A stretch of DNA of 64,000 nt from a virus (taxonomy: Duplodnaviria > Heunggongvirae > Uroviricota > Caudoviricetes): positions 1-64,000 of the IMG/VR virus record IMGVR_UViG_2579778606_000002. One strand, 5' to 3'. The translations under genes and the position numbers were made by a program. The stretch's first letter is position 1. Each line of letters begins with the position of its first letter. Below the pieces are notes generated by a model, which saw only the letters and a list, made by a program, of their open reading frames with translations, ran no database searches and was not told the origin of the DNA. Positions 1-7,776 of this stretch are shown piece by piece.

Positions 1-699
1 GTTGCTTATATTTTCAAACATCCGGCCGGGAAATTATTCTGGGCTTTAACGGATGAAAGCAATAAAGAGCAAGCGGACGTTATTCCTGTTTATGCTGCCG
101 CGCCTGCGTCGGTTGTGCCGGATAATGCATCAGAGCCTCTTGCTTATGCTTACAAAGAGCTTACGCCTGAGATTATGCGCAACCATTTAGCTGTATTCGA
201 GCGATATGGAATAGCCCCAAACGATAGCTCTACCACAATTCAGGCACTGCGAATCGCGCTGGATGGCATAGAGCGGAGCGACGCCATGCTTCATGGTGCT
301 GAACCTGTAAGCCAAACTTACAAGTTGCCAATTAATACACCTTGCCAAGATGCGCCAGCCCATATCTGGCTGCAAACAGCTGGAGTATGGCCAGAAGATG
401 GCGAGTTAAGCGAATTAACGTGGTGCAGCCACAATCAGCACCATGATGACACACTATATGTTCGAGCTGACCTTGTGAATGGCAACTATCCGGTAACTCC
501 GGATGGTTGGATAAGCTGTAGTGAGCGAATGCCGGATAATAATCACGACGTACTTTTCTTCGATGTGTGGGGTTATATCAGGATTGGCTGGTTCAGTGCG
601 GACGACTGGTCGTGGTTTACGTCGGATGATGGGTGCTGCATGGAGGTGACCCACTGGATGCCGCTACCAGAACCGCCTCAGGAGGTTAACCGTGGCTAA
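1..699 (+). CDS. DUF551-domain phage protein, 5' partial (reading frame is open from window position 1; first Met at 115)
   Basis: Frame 1 has no stop from nt 1 to 699; C-terminal WISCSERMPD...WMPLPEPP resembles DUF551 domain common in enterobacterial prophages. Confidence 0.55.
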   Translation, partial: VAYIFKHPAGKLFWALTDESNKEQADVIPVYAAAPASVVPDNASEPLAYAYKELTPEIMRNHLAVFERYGIAPNDSSTTIQALRIALDGIERSDAMLHGAEPVSQTYKLPINTPCQDAPAHIWLQTAGVWPEDGELSELTWCSHNQHHDDTLYVRADLVNGNYPVTPDGWISCSERMPDNNHDVLFFDVWGYIRIGWFSADDWSWFTSDDGCCMEVTHWMPLPEPPQEVNRG

Positions 700-729
700 C
701 CTGCAACTTATCCTCAAAGGTGAAAAGAT

Positions 730-951
730 TTGAGGATTCGCATCATTAATAACACCGACAAGCATCCGGAAGATTATTTGGATTGCTCGTTAGCAGAGTG
801 TGGTATTTCCGTATGGGATGAGTTCGATGTGATGCGTAAAACCGCTTACGGCTATGTCGTAATTCATAACGGAGAAGAATTATTTGTTCGTCGGTCAGAA
901 TGCGTGGAATTGATAGAAGAGAATCACCGCACATCGGCAACACACAGCTAA
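730..951 (+). CDS. hypothetical small protein (TTG start in ORF track; no ATG nearby)
   Basis: 73-aa ORF with balanced charged composition; the overlapping minus-strand ORF 746..1159 looks like antisense noise. Confidence 0.3.
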   Translation: MRIRIINNTDKHPEDYLDCSLAECGISVWDEFDVMRKTAYGYVVIHNGEELFVRRSECVELIEENHRTSATHS

Positions 952-977
952 ATATGTTCGCAATAAAGGGTAAGTCA

Positions 978-1379
978 ATGGCTAAATTTCGGAGAACTAT
1001 TGTTTTTCTGGCAATGTTATCTGCCTGCCATTTATCACATGCATCGGTTATTGTTGCAACCGCCGCAACAACGGCAGCAATTAGCGCCTCAGCCGCAAGC
1101 GAGCAGGAGCAACGCACTGCAATCAATGCATCCGCAAATACTACCACTGTAGCAGTCACGCAAGATAAGCCAAATATAGGCTTTGTTACTTGCGGAAAAC
1201 GGCATGGAGAGACGGTCGGTTCTCTTGGTTGCGCAGTGTGGCATGACGAACGAGCAGAAATTCCGTGGAAATCATGGACTGGTTACATTCTTGGCGAAAA
1301 GATACCCACCAGCTATGAAGTAAATGCTATTTCGTTCGATCAATATAACAGAGTCGCAACGGTCTACTTTTCTTATTAA
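978..1379 (+). CDS. exported or membrane protein with N-terminal signal peptide (MAKFRRTIVFLAMLSACHLSHA)
   Basis: ATG at 978 with AAGGG 7 nt upstream; hydrophobic signal-like N-terminus followed by Ala/Thr-rich segment. Confidence 0.5.
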   Translation: MAKFRRTIVFLAMLSACHLSHASVIVATAATTAAISASAASEQEQRTAINASANTTTVAVTQDKPNIGFVTCGKRHGETVGSLGCAVWHDERAEIPWKSWTGYILGEKIPTSYEVNAISFDQYNRVATVYFSY

Positions 1380-1391
1380 CACGGAGTGATT

Positions 1392-1685
1392 ATGTGGCGC
1401 GGTAATAATCATGGCAGAAGCCATATGATACTTACCGAATATAAGCTAGACCACAAAACCAATAAATCGCGCTCAGTATATTTGCTCCGGCACAATAGCC
1501 GCGTAAGGAATACCGTGCTGGAGCAAAATCTGACCGTTGAAATGGATAATTTCGGGAATTTCAAGCCAACAATATCGCTTGATGATTTCCCTCGTGGTTT
1601 AAGCGAAAGAGAAGCAATGCTGAAGTTAGCAGAATGGCTACAAAGATTGAGCATTGTTATTGAAGATAACTGGAGTCAACCATAA
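1392..1685 (+). CDS. hypothetical protein
   Basis: ATG at 1392 preceded by GGAG 5 nt upstream; ORF track start 1386 is GTG. Confidence 0.4.
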   Translation: MWRGNNHGRSHMILTEYKLDHKTNKSRSVYLLRHNSRVRNTVLEQNLTVEMDNFGNFKPTISLDDFPRGLSEREAMLKLAEWLQRLSIVIEDNWSQP

Positions 1686-1861
1686 TGAAAAACAGAAAGA
1701 AATTTTGGATTACTTTTTTGTTTGTATGCCTTTGCGGTTTATTTGTTTTATTAGCTGGTGGTGTTAAATGGGGTACGGTGGGGTGTGGTTTTTGGAGTGG
1801 GCTTACTCTTTTCGCAGCTTGGCTTATCGCCAACTTTGAGTCAGGCGGAGGGTATTGGTAA
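1685..1861 (+). CDS. small hydrophobic membrane peptide, 58 aa (MKNRKKFWITFLFVCLCGLFVLLAGGVKWGTVGCGFWSGLTLFAAWLIANFESGGGYW)
   Basis: Below ORF-track size cutoff; ATG overlaps stop of upstream ORF (TAATG), two predicted TM segments. Confidence 0.4.
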   Translation: MKNRKKFWITFLFVCLCGLFVLLAGGVKWGTVGCGFWSGLTLFAAWLIANFESGGGYW

Positions 1862-1881
1862 GTGGTCTTATTCCCCACTTC

Positions 1882-1934
1882 ATAACGGATATCACGCTCG
1901 TGATAACGGATATTCCAATTTTGATAACGGATAA
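1882..1934 (+). promoter_or_regulatory. three direct repeats ATAACGGATA(T/A) with exact 21-bp phasing (starts 1882, 1903, 1924) upstream of CDS 1941..2150
   Basis: Seen directly in sequence; two-helical-turn spacing suggests cooperative binding site array. Confidence 0.4.
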
Positions 1935-1940
1935 AGCCAA

Positions 1941-2150
1941 ATGAGGCATTTTTTAAGGCTGGCATTTGTTCTGGCGCTATTTGCTCCTCCGGCTGCGATG
2001 GCTGGAGAACAGCAGCACTGTGTAACTGAATCAGAGAATCTTGTAATAGTCACTCAATGCGATGACGGAACGGTGACCGTGGTTAATGTACGAGATAACC
2101 GTGTAGCCGTGTGTCGTAAAGGCGAATCATGTAAGGAAATAAAACTATGA
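1941..2150 (+). CDS. small secreted protein (signal peptide MRHFLRLAFVLALFAPPAAMA, Cys-rich mature part)
   Basis: ATG start, signal-peptide-like N-terminus, 4 Cys in mature 48 aa. Confidence 0.45.
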   Translation: MRHFLRLAFVLALFAPPAAMAGEQQHCVTESENLVIVTQCDDGTVTVVNVRDNRVAVCRKGESCKEIKL

Positions 2151-2944
2151 CTAAAATCACTAAATTTCGCATATCAGAGATTATTGCACGCATCGAAATG
2201 TATGGATACGGCGCTGGATACACGGCAGATGAGGTATTGGAGCTTGCCCAAATAGCGTTAGCAACCTGCAAAGACGGTGAGAGTATAAAGCTGATTGACT
2301 TGTTGGTGCTGGAGCTGCCAAAGCGTGGAGGGTGGCCTGATGATGTGCTCGATTGTCGCATGGTTAGAGAGGACTGCTGTGAACCATCATATGGGTTCTT
2401 TGCTTTTGGCTCTGATCCAGCGAAAAGCCCGCGTGGGCGCAATTTTTGCCTTGAGGTCAGGCTTCCGATAAGTAACCTTGATCGCGAGGAATACACGGAA
2501 ATAATTTCGCGCAAACAATACGAAGAGGCTCTTGAAGCATCCAATAAGTTAAATTTTGAGCAATGGCTGGGACAACAACGCGAAAAAATCGACCTGGACT
2601 GCGGTTGTGTGTCTACTGAAACATTCATGCACTGGCTGCGGGTAGCCTATGAATCTGGCAACCGTCTGGATACTCATCCACAAGAGGTGCCGAAGCCAAG
2701 AGTAAGCACAACTCTGGAAAGGAGCTATCTTGAAACTGCATTAAAGATTAAGGCAGGCCATACGCTAGGCGTCATTGATGCCATGTTGGTTCATGAAATG
2801 GCGAAGGCTTTACTACCAGAAATTCCCGCGAATACGCCTACGCAAGTTCTGGCGCTAATGAACAAACACAATCTGCCCAGGGAAGCATTCTGGTGCTTTG
2901 ACCATGAACAGTGGAGATACTCATGCTATGAATGCCGGTATTAA
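2147..2944 (+). CDS. hypothetical phage protein, 265 aa
   Basis: ATG at 2147 with AAGGA upstream; ATGA overlap with preceding gene. Confidence 0.55.
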   Translation: MTKITKFRISEIIARIEMYGYGAGYTADEVLELAQIALATCKDGESIKLIDLLVLELPKRGGWPDDVLDCRMVREDCCEPSYGFFAFGSDPAKSPRGRNFCLEVRLPISNLDREEYTEIISRKQYEEALEASNKLNFEQWLGQQREKIDLDCGCVSTETFMHWLRVAYESGNRLDTHPQEVPKPRVSTTLERSYLETALKIKAGHTLGVIDAMLVHEMAKALLPEIPANTPTQVLALMNKHNLPREAFWCFDHEQWRYSCYECRY

Positions 2945-3000
2945 TGATGACTGGTGAGCTTGTAGTTCTGGCTACCCGCAGCCCCCCTGGTTACTACAAA

Positions 3001-3351
3001 TCATTGTAGTGGGTGGCATTTAACGAAATCGATCACCCTATCCTGAACTTCAGAAAGAAGGGCTTTTTCACGCGCCAGGACGTCAGGATATTGACGTTCT
3101 GGCCTTACCAGATGCCGGAGCTTCCCATTAAGCAGAATGGCCTCAGAAAACACTTTTACGCTGTGCTTTATCCCCTCTGTTTCACTTTTCAACGTCAAAA
3201 TAAAGCGCAATTGCTTATTAGCCTGATTCGGATTCAATACACGAATTTGCAGTTCGTCTATGCTGTTTCGCAATGGGATTGATGCCACCACACTGGTGCA
3301 GTCCCTGATTGTCTGAATTGAACGGCTAACATTGAGAACGTTATTGTGCAT
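3001..3351 (-). CDS. hypothetical protein, 116 aa, divergent from hot
   Basis: ORF with AGGAG about 15 nt upstream; overlaps a plus-strand ORF (3013..3282) so strand choice uncertain. Confidence 0.3.
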   Translation of the reverse strand: MHNNVLNVSRSIQTIRDCTSVVASIPLRNSIDELQIRVLNPNQANKQLRFILTLKSETEGIKHSVKVFSEAILLNGKLRHLVRPERQYPDVLAREKALLSEVQDRVIDFVKCHPLQ

Positions 3352-3383
3352 GTGCCTGATCCACTAACTCCTGGAGGTTTCTT

Positions 3384-3635
3384 GTGTCAGATCGAAATAT
3401 AGCAGCTAAAAGCCAGGAAGAGCGAGACAAGGTGAACGTAGACCTTGCCGCCAGCGGCGTTGCTTACAAAGAACGGCTGAATATACCTGTGATTGCAGAG
3501 CAGGTGGCCCGTGAGCAACCGGAAAACCTGCGCGCCTATTTCATGGAACGGCTACGGCACTACCGGCAGTTAAGCCTCCAGTTGCCAAAAGGGAGCGATC
3601 CGGTGTATCAGAACGAGGATGCACCAAAAAAATAA
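3384..3635 (+). CDS. hot: Hot, homolog of DNA polymerase III theta subunit (HolE)
   Basis: [43 protein letters not shown] closely parallels E. coli HolE as I recall it; GTG start with GGAGG 5 nt upstream; same position relative to humD-phd-doc as in P1. Confidence 0.8.
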   Translation: MSDRNIAAKSQEERDKVNVDLAASGVAYKERLNIPVIAEQVAREQPENLRAYFMERLRHYRQLSLQLPKGSDPVYQNEDAPKK

Positions 3636-3720
3636 CGGCAAGATGGGGGAGAAATGTGATTAGCCCCCAGCGTGGCGCGCCTACAAACCCCGCTTTCACA
3701 AACTATGCCTTTTCAATGTA

Positions 3721-3740
3721 TACTGTATGAATAAACAGTA
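3721..3740 (+). promoter_or_regulatory. LexA (SOS) box TACTGTATGAATAAACAGTA
   Basis: Perfect CTGT-N8-ACAG core with flanking TA/TA, 19 nt upstream of humD start. Confidence 0.75.
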
Positions 3741-3758
3741 TTGTTGAGGTAAAACGCT

Positions 3759-4148
3759 ATGGGCTTCCCTTCTCCTGCGGCGGATTATGTTGAAAGCCGA
3801 ATTTCTCTTGATCAGCAACTAATCAGGCATCCATCAGCAACCTACTTCATGCGGGCAGCTGATGGCCATCACCGTGAGGGAATATTGCAGGGTGCTTTGC
3901 TGGTGGTTGATTCCTCGCTTACTCCGGTTGATGGTTCTCTGCTTGTGTGCGCTATGGAGGGTGAATATCGCATAAAGAGATACAGGAAGTATCCGCGCCA
4001 GCACCTGGAGGATTTAAGCACCGGGAGGAAAGAGGCGTTACCAGTGGATGACGATGGATGCACGGGGAGTAATGCTGTTTTTGGTGTGATCACTCATGTC
4101 ATCAATGATGTCCGAAGTGGGGAATTTGATGATTGTCCGGTGATTTAA
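3759..4148 (+). CDS. humD: HumD, UmuD'-like S24 peptidase (translesion synthesis accessory)
   Basis: GFPSPAADYVE...LDQQLIRHPSATYF...GDLLVVD...VFGVITHVIN matches UmuD; lacks the UmuD N-terminal 24 aa like P1 HumD; LexA box upstream. Confidence 0.8.
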   Translation: MGFPSPAADYVESRISLDQQLIRHPSATYFMRAADGHHREGILQGALLVVDSSLTPVDGSLLVCAMEGEYRIKRYRKYPRQHLEDLSTGRKEALPVDDDGCTGSNAVFGVITHVINDVRSGEFDDCPVI

Positions 4149-4220
4149 GCTGCAAAGTGCTGGTGCTTTATACCTGTGAAGTTTATAGTTGTGTACACAT
4201 AACGAGTACATGAGGTGTTT

Positions 4221-4442
4221 ATGCAATCCATTAACTTCCGTACCGCGCGCGGCAACCTTTCTGAAGTGCTCAACAATGTTGAAGCCGGGGAAGAGGTTGA
4301 AATCACCCGCAGAGGCCGAGAGCCAGCAGTAATTGTCAGCAAGGCTACTTTTGAAGCCTACAAAAAAGCGGCGCTGGATGCTGAATTTGCATCCCTGTTT
4401 GACACCCTGGACTCCACCAACAAGGAACTGGTTAACCGATAA
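4221..4442 (+). CDS. phd: Phd antitoxin (prevent host death)
   Basis: [49 protein letters not shown]... matches P1 Phd as I recall it; ATG at 4221 with GAGG upstream (ORF track start 4215 is GTG). Confidence 0.85.
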
Positions 4443-4822
4443 TGAGGCATATATCACCGGAAGAACTTATTGCGCTTCATGATGCGAATATAAGCCGCTA
4501 CGGCGGCCTGCCGGGAATGTCAGATCCGGGTAGGGCAGAGGCCATTATCGGGAGAGTTCAGGCCAGAGTTGCCTACGAAGAGATCACCGACCTTTTCGAA
4601 GTCTCCGCCACCTACCTGGTGGCTACAGCGAGAGGGCATATATTCAATGATGCCAATAAGCGTACCGCGCTAAACAGTGCGCTGCTATTTCTACGCCGTA
4701 ACGGTATACAGGTATATGATTCTCCCGTGCTGGTGGAACTTGCGGTGGGGGCTGCAACTGGTGAAATCCCCGTATCTTCAGTAGCGGAAAAACTACGTGA
4801 ACTATATGGTTCCAATATTTGA
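4442..4822 (+). CDS. doc: Doc toxin (death on curing, Fic-fold kinase)
   Basis: 126 aa, [39 protein letters not shown]... matches P1 Doc; TAATG overlap with phd. Confidence 0.85.
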
Positions 4823-4827
4823 AAAGA

Positions 4828-4849
4828 AGCCCGCTCAACCAAGCGGGCT
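4828..4849. terminator. GC-rich hairpin AGCCCGC-N7-GCGGGCT between convergent genes (doc and 4903..5700); T-runs on both sides, likely bidirectional terminator
   Basis: Inverted repeat read directly; followed by TTCTTTTC on minus strand and TTTTTTC downstream on plus strand. Confidence 0.45.
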
Positions 4850-4902
4850 TCCTACTATCACTCAATGATTTTTTCTGCTGTCAGCCAGCTAATTTCTTGC
4901 TT

Positions 4903-5700
4903 TTAGGCGTCAGCATCAGCATCCTCTGCTTCCACATCTGCCGCGACTTCATCGGACTGTTCTTCTTTGGCCTGTTCTGCAATCGCCGCACGGCATTTCG
5001 CCCTGGCGGTAGCGATAGCCTCAACTTTCACGTCATTAGGAATACTTGAGGTGACATACATATCCAGTTCTTCAGCACGGAAGACTGTTTTGCCCAGGAA
5101 TTCATCAAGCATCCAGGTTAAGGAAAAGTCGCAGGAAATCAGGTCTACTTCGCCTTCCGCGCCGTTTGGGAAATGGATAAATATCTGTTTGCCCAGGCCA
5201 AGCACGCGACAAGCAGCCATCATTACTGCAAGTTCCAGGTCTTTGTTTTCACCTGCTACTGGTTGATCCACACCAGTAATAGTGCCGTTCAAATGGATAT
5301 TATATGGCTGATATTTAGAGATGCGTTCTACACGCCATGTGCCGGTTAAGGTTCCCTGGCGGAAGATTATTGGCGTGACCGAAAGCGACAGCTCTCGAAT
5401 GAGTTGTTGCGCTATGGCTGGGTCATACAGGGGATCTAACGCGATGCATCCATAAGACTGCGCCAGTTCAAACAATTCTTCCTGTGTGCGCTGAATGCCT
5501 CTTGCCGTAATAAAACGTCTGACTCCCGTTTTCCCATCACGCCAGATAGCAATGCCATTCTCACTATCTAACTCTTCGTCTAAGCCCAGGTATGTAAGGA
5601 TGGTTCGCTCAATGGTAGCAAAGGGCAGGGACATATCATCGTTTACATCCACCAGCAGGCCATTACGCAGGCGATATTGAATGTTTTTGGTATTTTCCAC
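4903..5700 (-). CDS. hypothetical protein with acidic C-terminal tail (…DVEAEDADADA)
   Basis: 265-aa ORF, first gene of a minus-strand block ending at convergent terminator. Confidence 0.5.
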   Translation of the reverse strand: MENTKNIQYRLRNGLLVDVNDDMSLPFATIERTILTYLGLDEELDSENGIAIWRDGKTGVRRFITARGIQRTQEELFELAQSYGCIALDPLYDPAIAQQLIRELSLSVTPIIFRQGTLTGTWRVERISKYQPYNIHLNGTITGVDQPVAGENKDLELAVMMAACRVLGLGKQIFIHFPNGAEGEVDLISCDFSLTWMLDEFLGKTVFRAEELDMYVTSSIPNDVKVEAIATARAKCRAAIAEQAKEEQSDEVAADVEAEDADADA

Positions 5701-5706
5701 GTTAAA

Positions 5707-6369
5707 TCACTCCACAACAAACCAGTCACAGGCCAGCAGGTCGCCAACTGAAGGCACCCACGGAACAACTACACCTTGTGCATTTTTTAAGGCGAAATAA
5801 GCACCATACGGAACGAGGTCGCCGGGAAAATATCCCTTAATGGCTTCCATTCGTGCCGGGTACTGTCCTTCAGGAACCAGCCAGCAGAATTGGTTTTCGC
5901 CGTTCCACCCACGTCGGGCAACTTTCTTGCCATCCTTCAGCCACATCAGCGCGTCAGAAAAGTCGGCTGCTTCAAGGTCGATTTCTTCTTGTAGAGTAGC
6001 GATACCGCCAGCAGAAATAGTTACGTCCCTGGCTGTAATGAATGTCACCCCATTGTGACCTTCAATGCTGAGCGATACCCCATTTTCGGAGGCGTCGTTA
6101 ACCCGGCTATAGCATTTTTCAAATGCTTTCTCTGGCACATAGACCAGATAGCCATTTTCAGCAGTGACGAGATATCCTCCTATTTGCGGTCGGAATTTTT
6201 CCAAGAACACACCATCAACACGAAGCGTCATTCCTTTTGGCTCAACGACTTCGATACTGCCAAAAATGGGCGCATAAGCTTCGCCGACAATAACAATATC
6301 TTTGATTTTCGATGCCCGAATGATGCTGTGGCTTTTGTATTTGGGGAACACCTGAAAAGTGCTGGCCAT
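5707..6369 (-). CDS. two-domain protein with C-terminal DUF2829 (Tad2-like) domain
   Basis: C-terminal ALMWLKDGKKVARRGWNG...VPWVPSVGDLLACDWFVVE fits the DUF2829 signature (A..LK.GKKVAR.GWNG ... PW..S..DLLA.DW.V). Confidence 0.5.
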   Translation of the reverse strand: MASTFQVFPKYKSHSIIRASKIKDIVIVGEAYAPIFGSIEVVEPKGMTLRVDGVFLEKFRPQIGGYLVTAENGYLVYVPEKAFEKCYSRVNDASENGVSLSIEGHNGVTFITARDVTISAGGIATLQEEIDLEAADFSDALMWLKDGKKVARRGWNGENQFCWLVPEGQYPARMEAIKGYFPGDLVPYGAYFALKNAQGVVVPWVPSVGDLLACDWFVVE

Positions 6370-6383
6370 AATCTTTCCTCTAC

Positions 6384-6878
6384 TTAAAACTTTTCGTACT
6401 GAAGCGGTGTACGCTTGATTTCAATGCGGTCTTCCGATGTGCTACCAAAGCCACCAGCACCTCGCTCTGTTTCATCGAGTTCATCAACTTCTACCAGCGA
6501 TACCGGTTCAACACGCTCAAAAATGCCTTGCATGACCGCCATTCCAGGCTTGAGGCAAACACCTTCACCACCAGGATCTGTAATCAGTTTTGCCATGATT
6601 TCACCGCGATAATCGGAGTCGATAATTCCTACGCAGTTAGCCAGGCGCGTATGCTTTTTGCAGCGCAATCCGGAACGAGGATAGAGTTTCAGACACCAGC
6701 CAGGAGGGATCGCCATAGCGAGGCCGGTATGCACCCACCAGCTTGAGGAAATAGCGCCGTTGCTATCGATACCCGGCGTTATTTCAACAGCAACAAAATC
6801 CATCGCCGCCGATCCGGCGGTGGCGTAAACGGGGAGTTTTGCCGCCGGATGAAGGCGTTTCACTTTCACGTTAATCAT
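6384..6878 (-). CDS. dut: dUTP diphosphatase (dUTPase)
   Basis: Conserved dUTPase motifs PRSGL, GIIDSDYRGEI, RGAGGFGST; overall collinear with E. coli Dut. Confidence 0.75.
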   Translation of the reverse strand: MINVKVKRLHPAAKLPVYATAGSAAMDFVAVEITPGIDSNGAISSSWWVHTGLAMAIPPGWCLKLYPRSGLRCKKHTRLANCVGIIDSDYRGEIMAKLITDPGGEGVCLKPGMAVMQGIFERVEPVSLVEVDELDETERGAGGFGSTSEDRIEIKRTPLQYEKF

Positions 6879-7363
6879 TGCTTTTTAGCTCTCCGGGTAA
6901 ATGTATAAATCCGGCGTTTGATATGCGGAGCGGTCGGAACGGAGACGCAGGTATTCTCGATAACACCTTGTTCCTCCAGCGATCGCACAGCGCGCAAGAA
7001 CTGTGATGCATCACCACCGCCAGACAGCCAGAATTTGCGGGCATAGACGCTGCCATTACGGATAATTTCTGCGATCACCCGCGCTTGCGTCTGGCTTTCT
7101 CGATAGCCAAAGAGTTCTCTTGCCTCTCCTTGTGGGATAGCCAACTGATAGCCTTTCCCGCTACGGTGACGGACAAAACCGTGAGCAATGAGGTTCTTCA
7201 GCTCATTTCTGGTGCGGATACACCCGTACTCAGGGAACTGTGTGTTGATATCACCAGGCTTATGCCATTCATCAGGACTATCAGCCAGGAGGGACAGAAG
7301 TTTCCCTGACAGCTCAGGATTAGTGGTTGGATAGCAGTTCAGGGATGGGTAGTAAGTTTTCAT
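6875..7363 (-). CDS. hypothetical protein, 162 aa, basic C-terminus
   Basis: ORF in operon context, 4-nt overlaps with neighbours. Confidence 0.45.
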   Translation of the reverse strand: MKTYYPSLNCYPTTNPELSGKLLSLLADSPDEWHKPGDINTQFPEYGCIRTRNELKNLIAHGFVRHRSGKGYQLAIPQGEARELFGYRESQTQARVIAEIIRNGSVYARKFWLSGGGDASQFLRAVRSLEEQGVIENTCVSVPTAPHIKRRIYTFTRRAKKQ

Positions 7364-7704
7364 TTGCGCCCCCTTGCCGGATAGCGCCCGGCATTTGCAT
7401 CAGGGGCAATGAAGCCGCTGGTGGGGCGAGTGAAAACATGGTTAATTTTCTCGGTCATAGCGCGATAATTTTCCTGATAGTGGGCCAGGAGTTTTTCAGC
7501 AGCAATGACGGTTACTTTCCGGACGTAGCGTTCAGCTTCCTCCAGATTTCGCCAGTTTTTTTCGAGGGTAAACACGGGAACGGCATCAAGTCCGGTCATA
7601 ACACCGAACACCACGACCGCCTGGTCGCGCTTAACGCCCGCAGTGAAGGTTATGGTGTAACCGTCAACAGTGAAGCGTTTTGATTCCGTAATACGATTGT
7701 GCAA
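7360..7704 (-). CDS. hypothetical protein, 114 aa
   Basis: ORF downstream of operator-like motif at 7763..7772. Confidence 0.4.
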   Translation of the reverse strand: MHNRITESKRFTVDGYTITFTAGVKRDQAVVVFGVMTGLDAVPVFTLEKNWRNLEEAERYVRKVTVIAAEKLLAHYQENYRAMTEKINHVFTRPTSGFIAPDANAGRYPARGRK

Positions 7705-7762
7705 AGTACCCTCCGCAATAGGCGAGGGTACTTTACATTAAAATGCACTGTCTAAAAAGATT

Positions 7763-7772
7763 GTTAGAAAAT
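7763..7772 (+). promoter_or_regulatory. operator-like motif TGTTAGAAAA (followed by TTAATTT)
   Basis: Exact copy of dispersed 10-mer; intergenic between dre and 7360..7704. Confidence 0.45.
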
Positions 7773-7776
7773 TAAT

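Noticed and set aside
746-1159. 137-aa minus-strand ORF
   Set aside because: Overlaps two plus-strand genes including one with a clean signal peptide; composition is Ala/Val-rich antisense-like.
1882-1934. DnaA boxes within the 21-bp phased repeats
   Set aside because: ACGGATAA differs from the DnaA consensus complement TGTGGATAA at three positions in each copy; too weak to call.
3013-3282. 89-aa plus-strand ORF overlapping minus-strand ORF 3001..3351
   Set aside because: Only one of the two can be real; the plus-strand ORF lacks an upstream RBS, so the minus-strand ORF was retained at low confidence.
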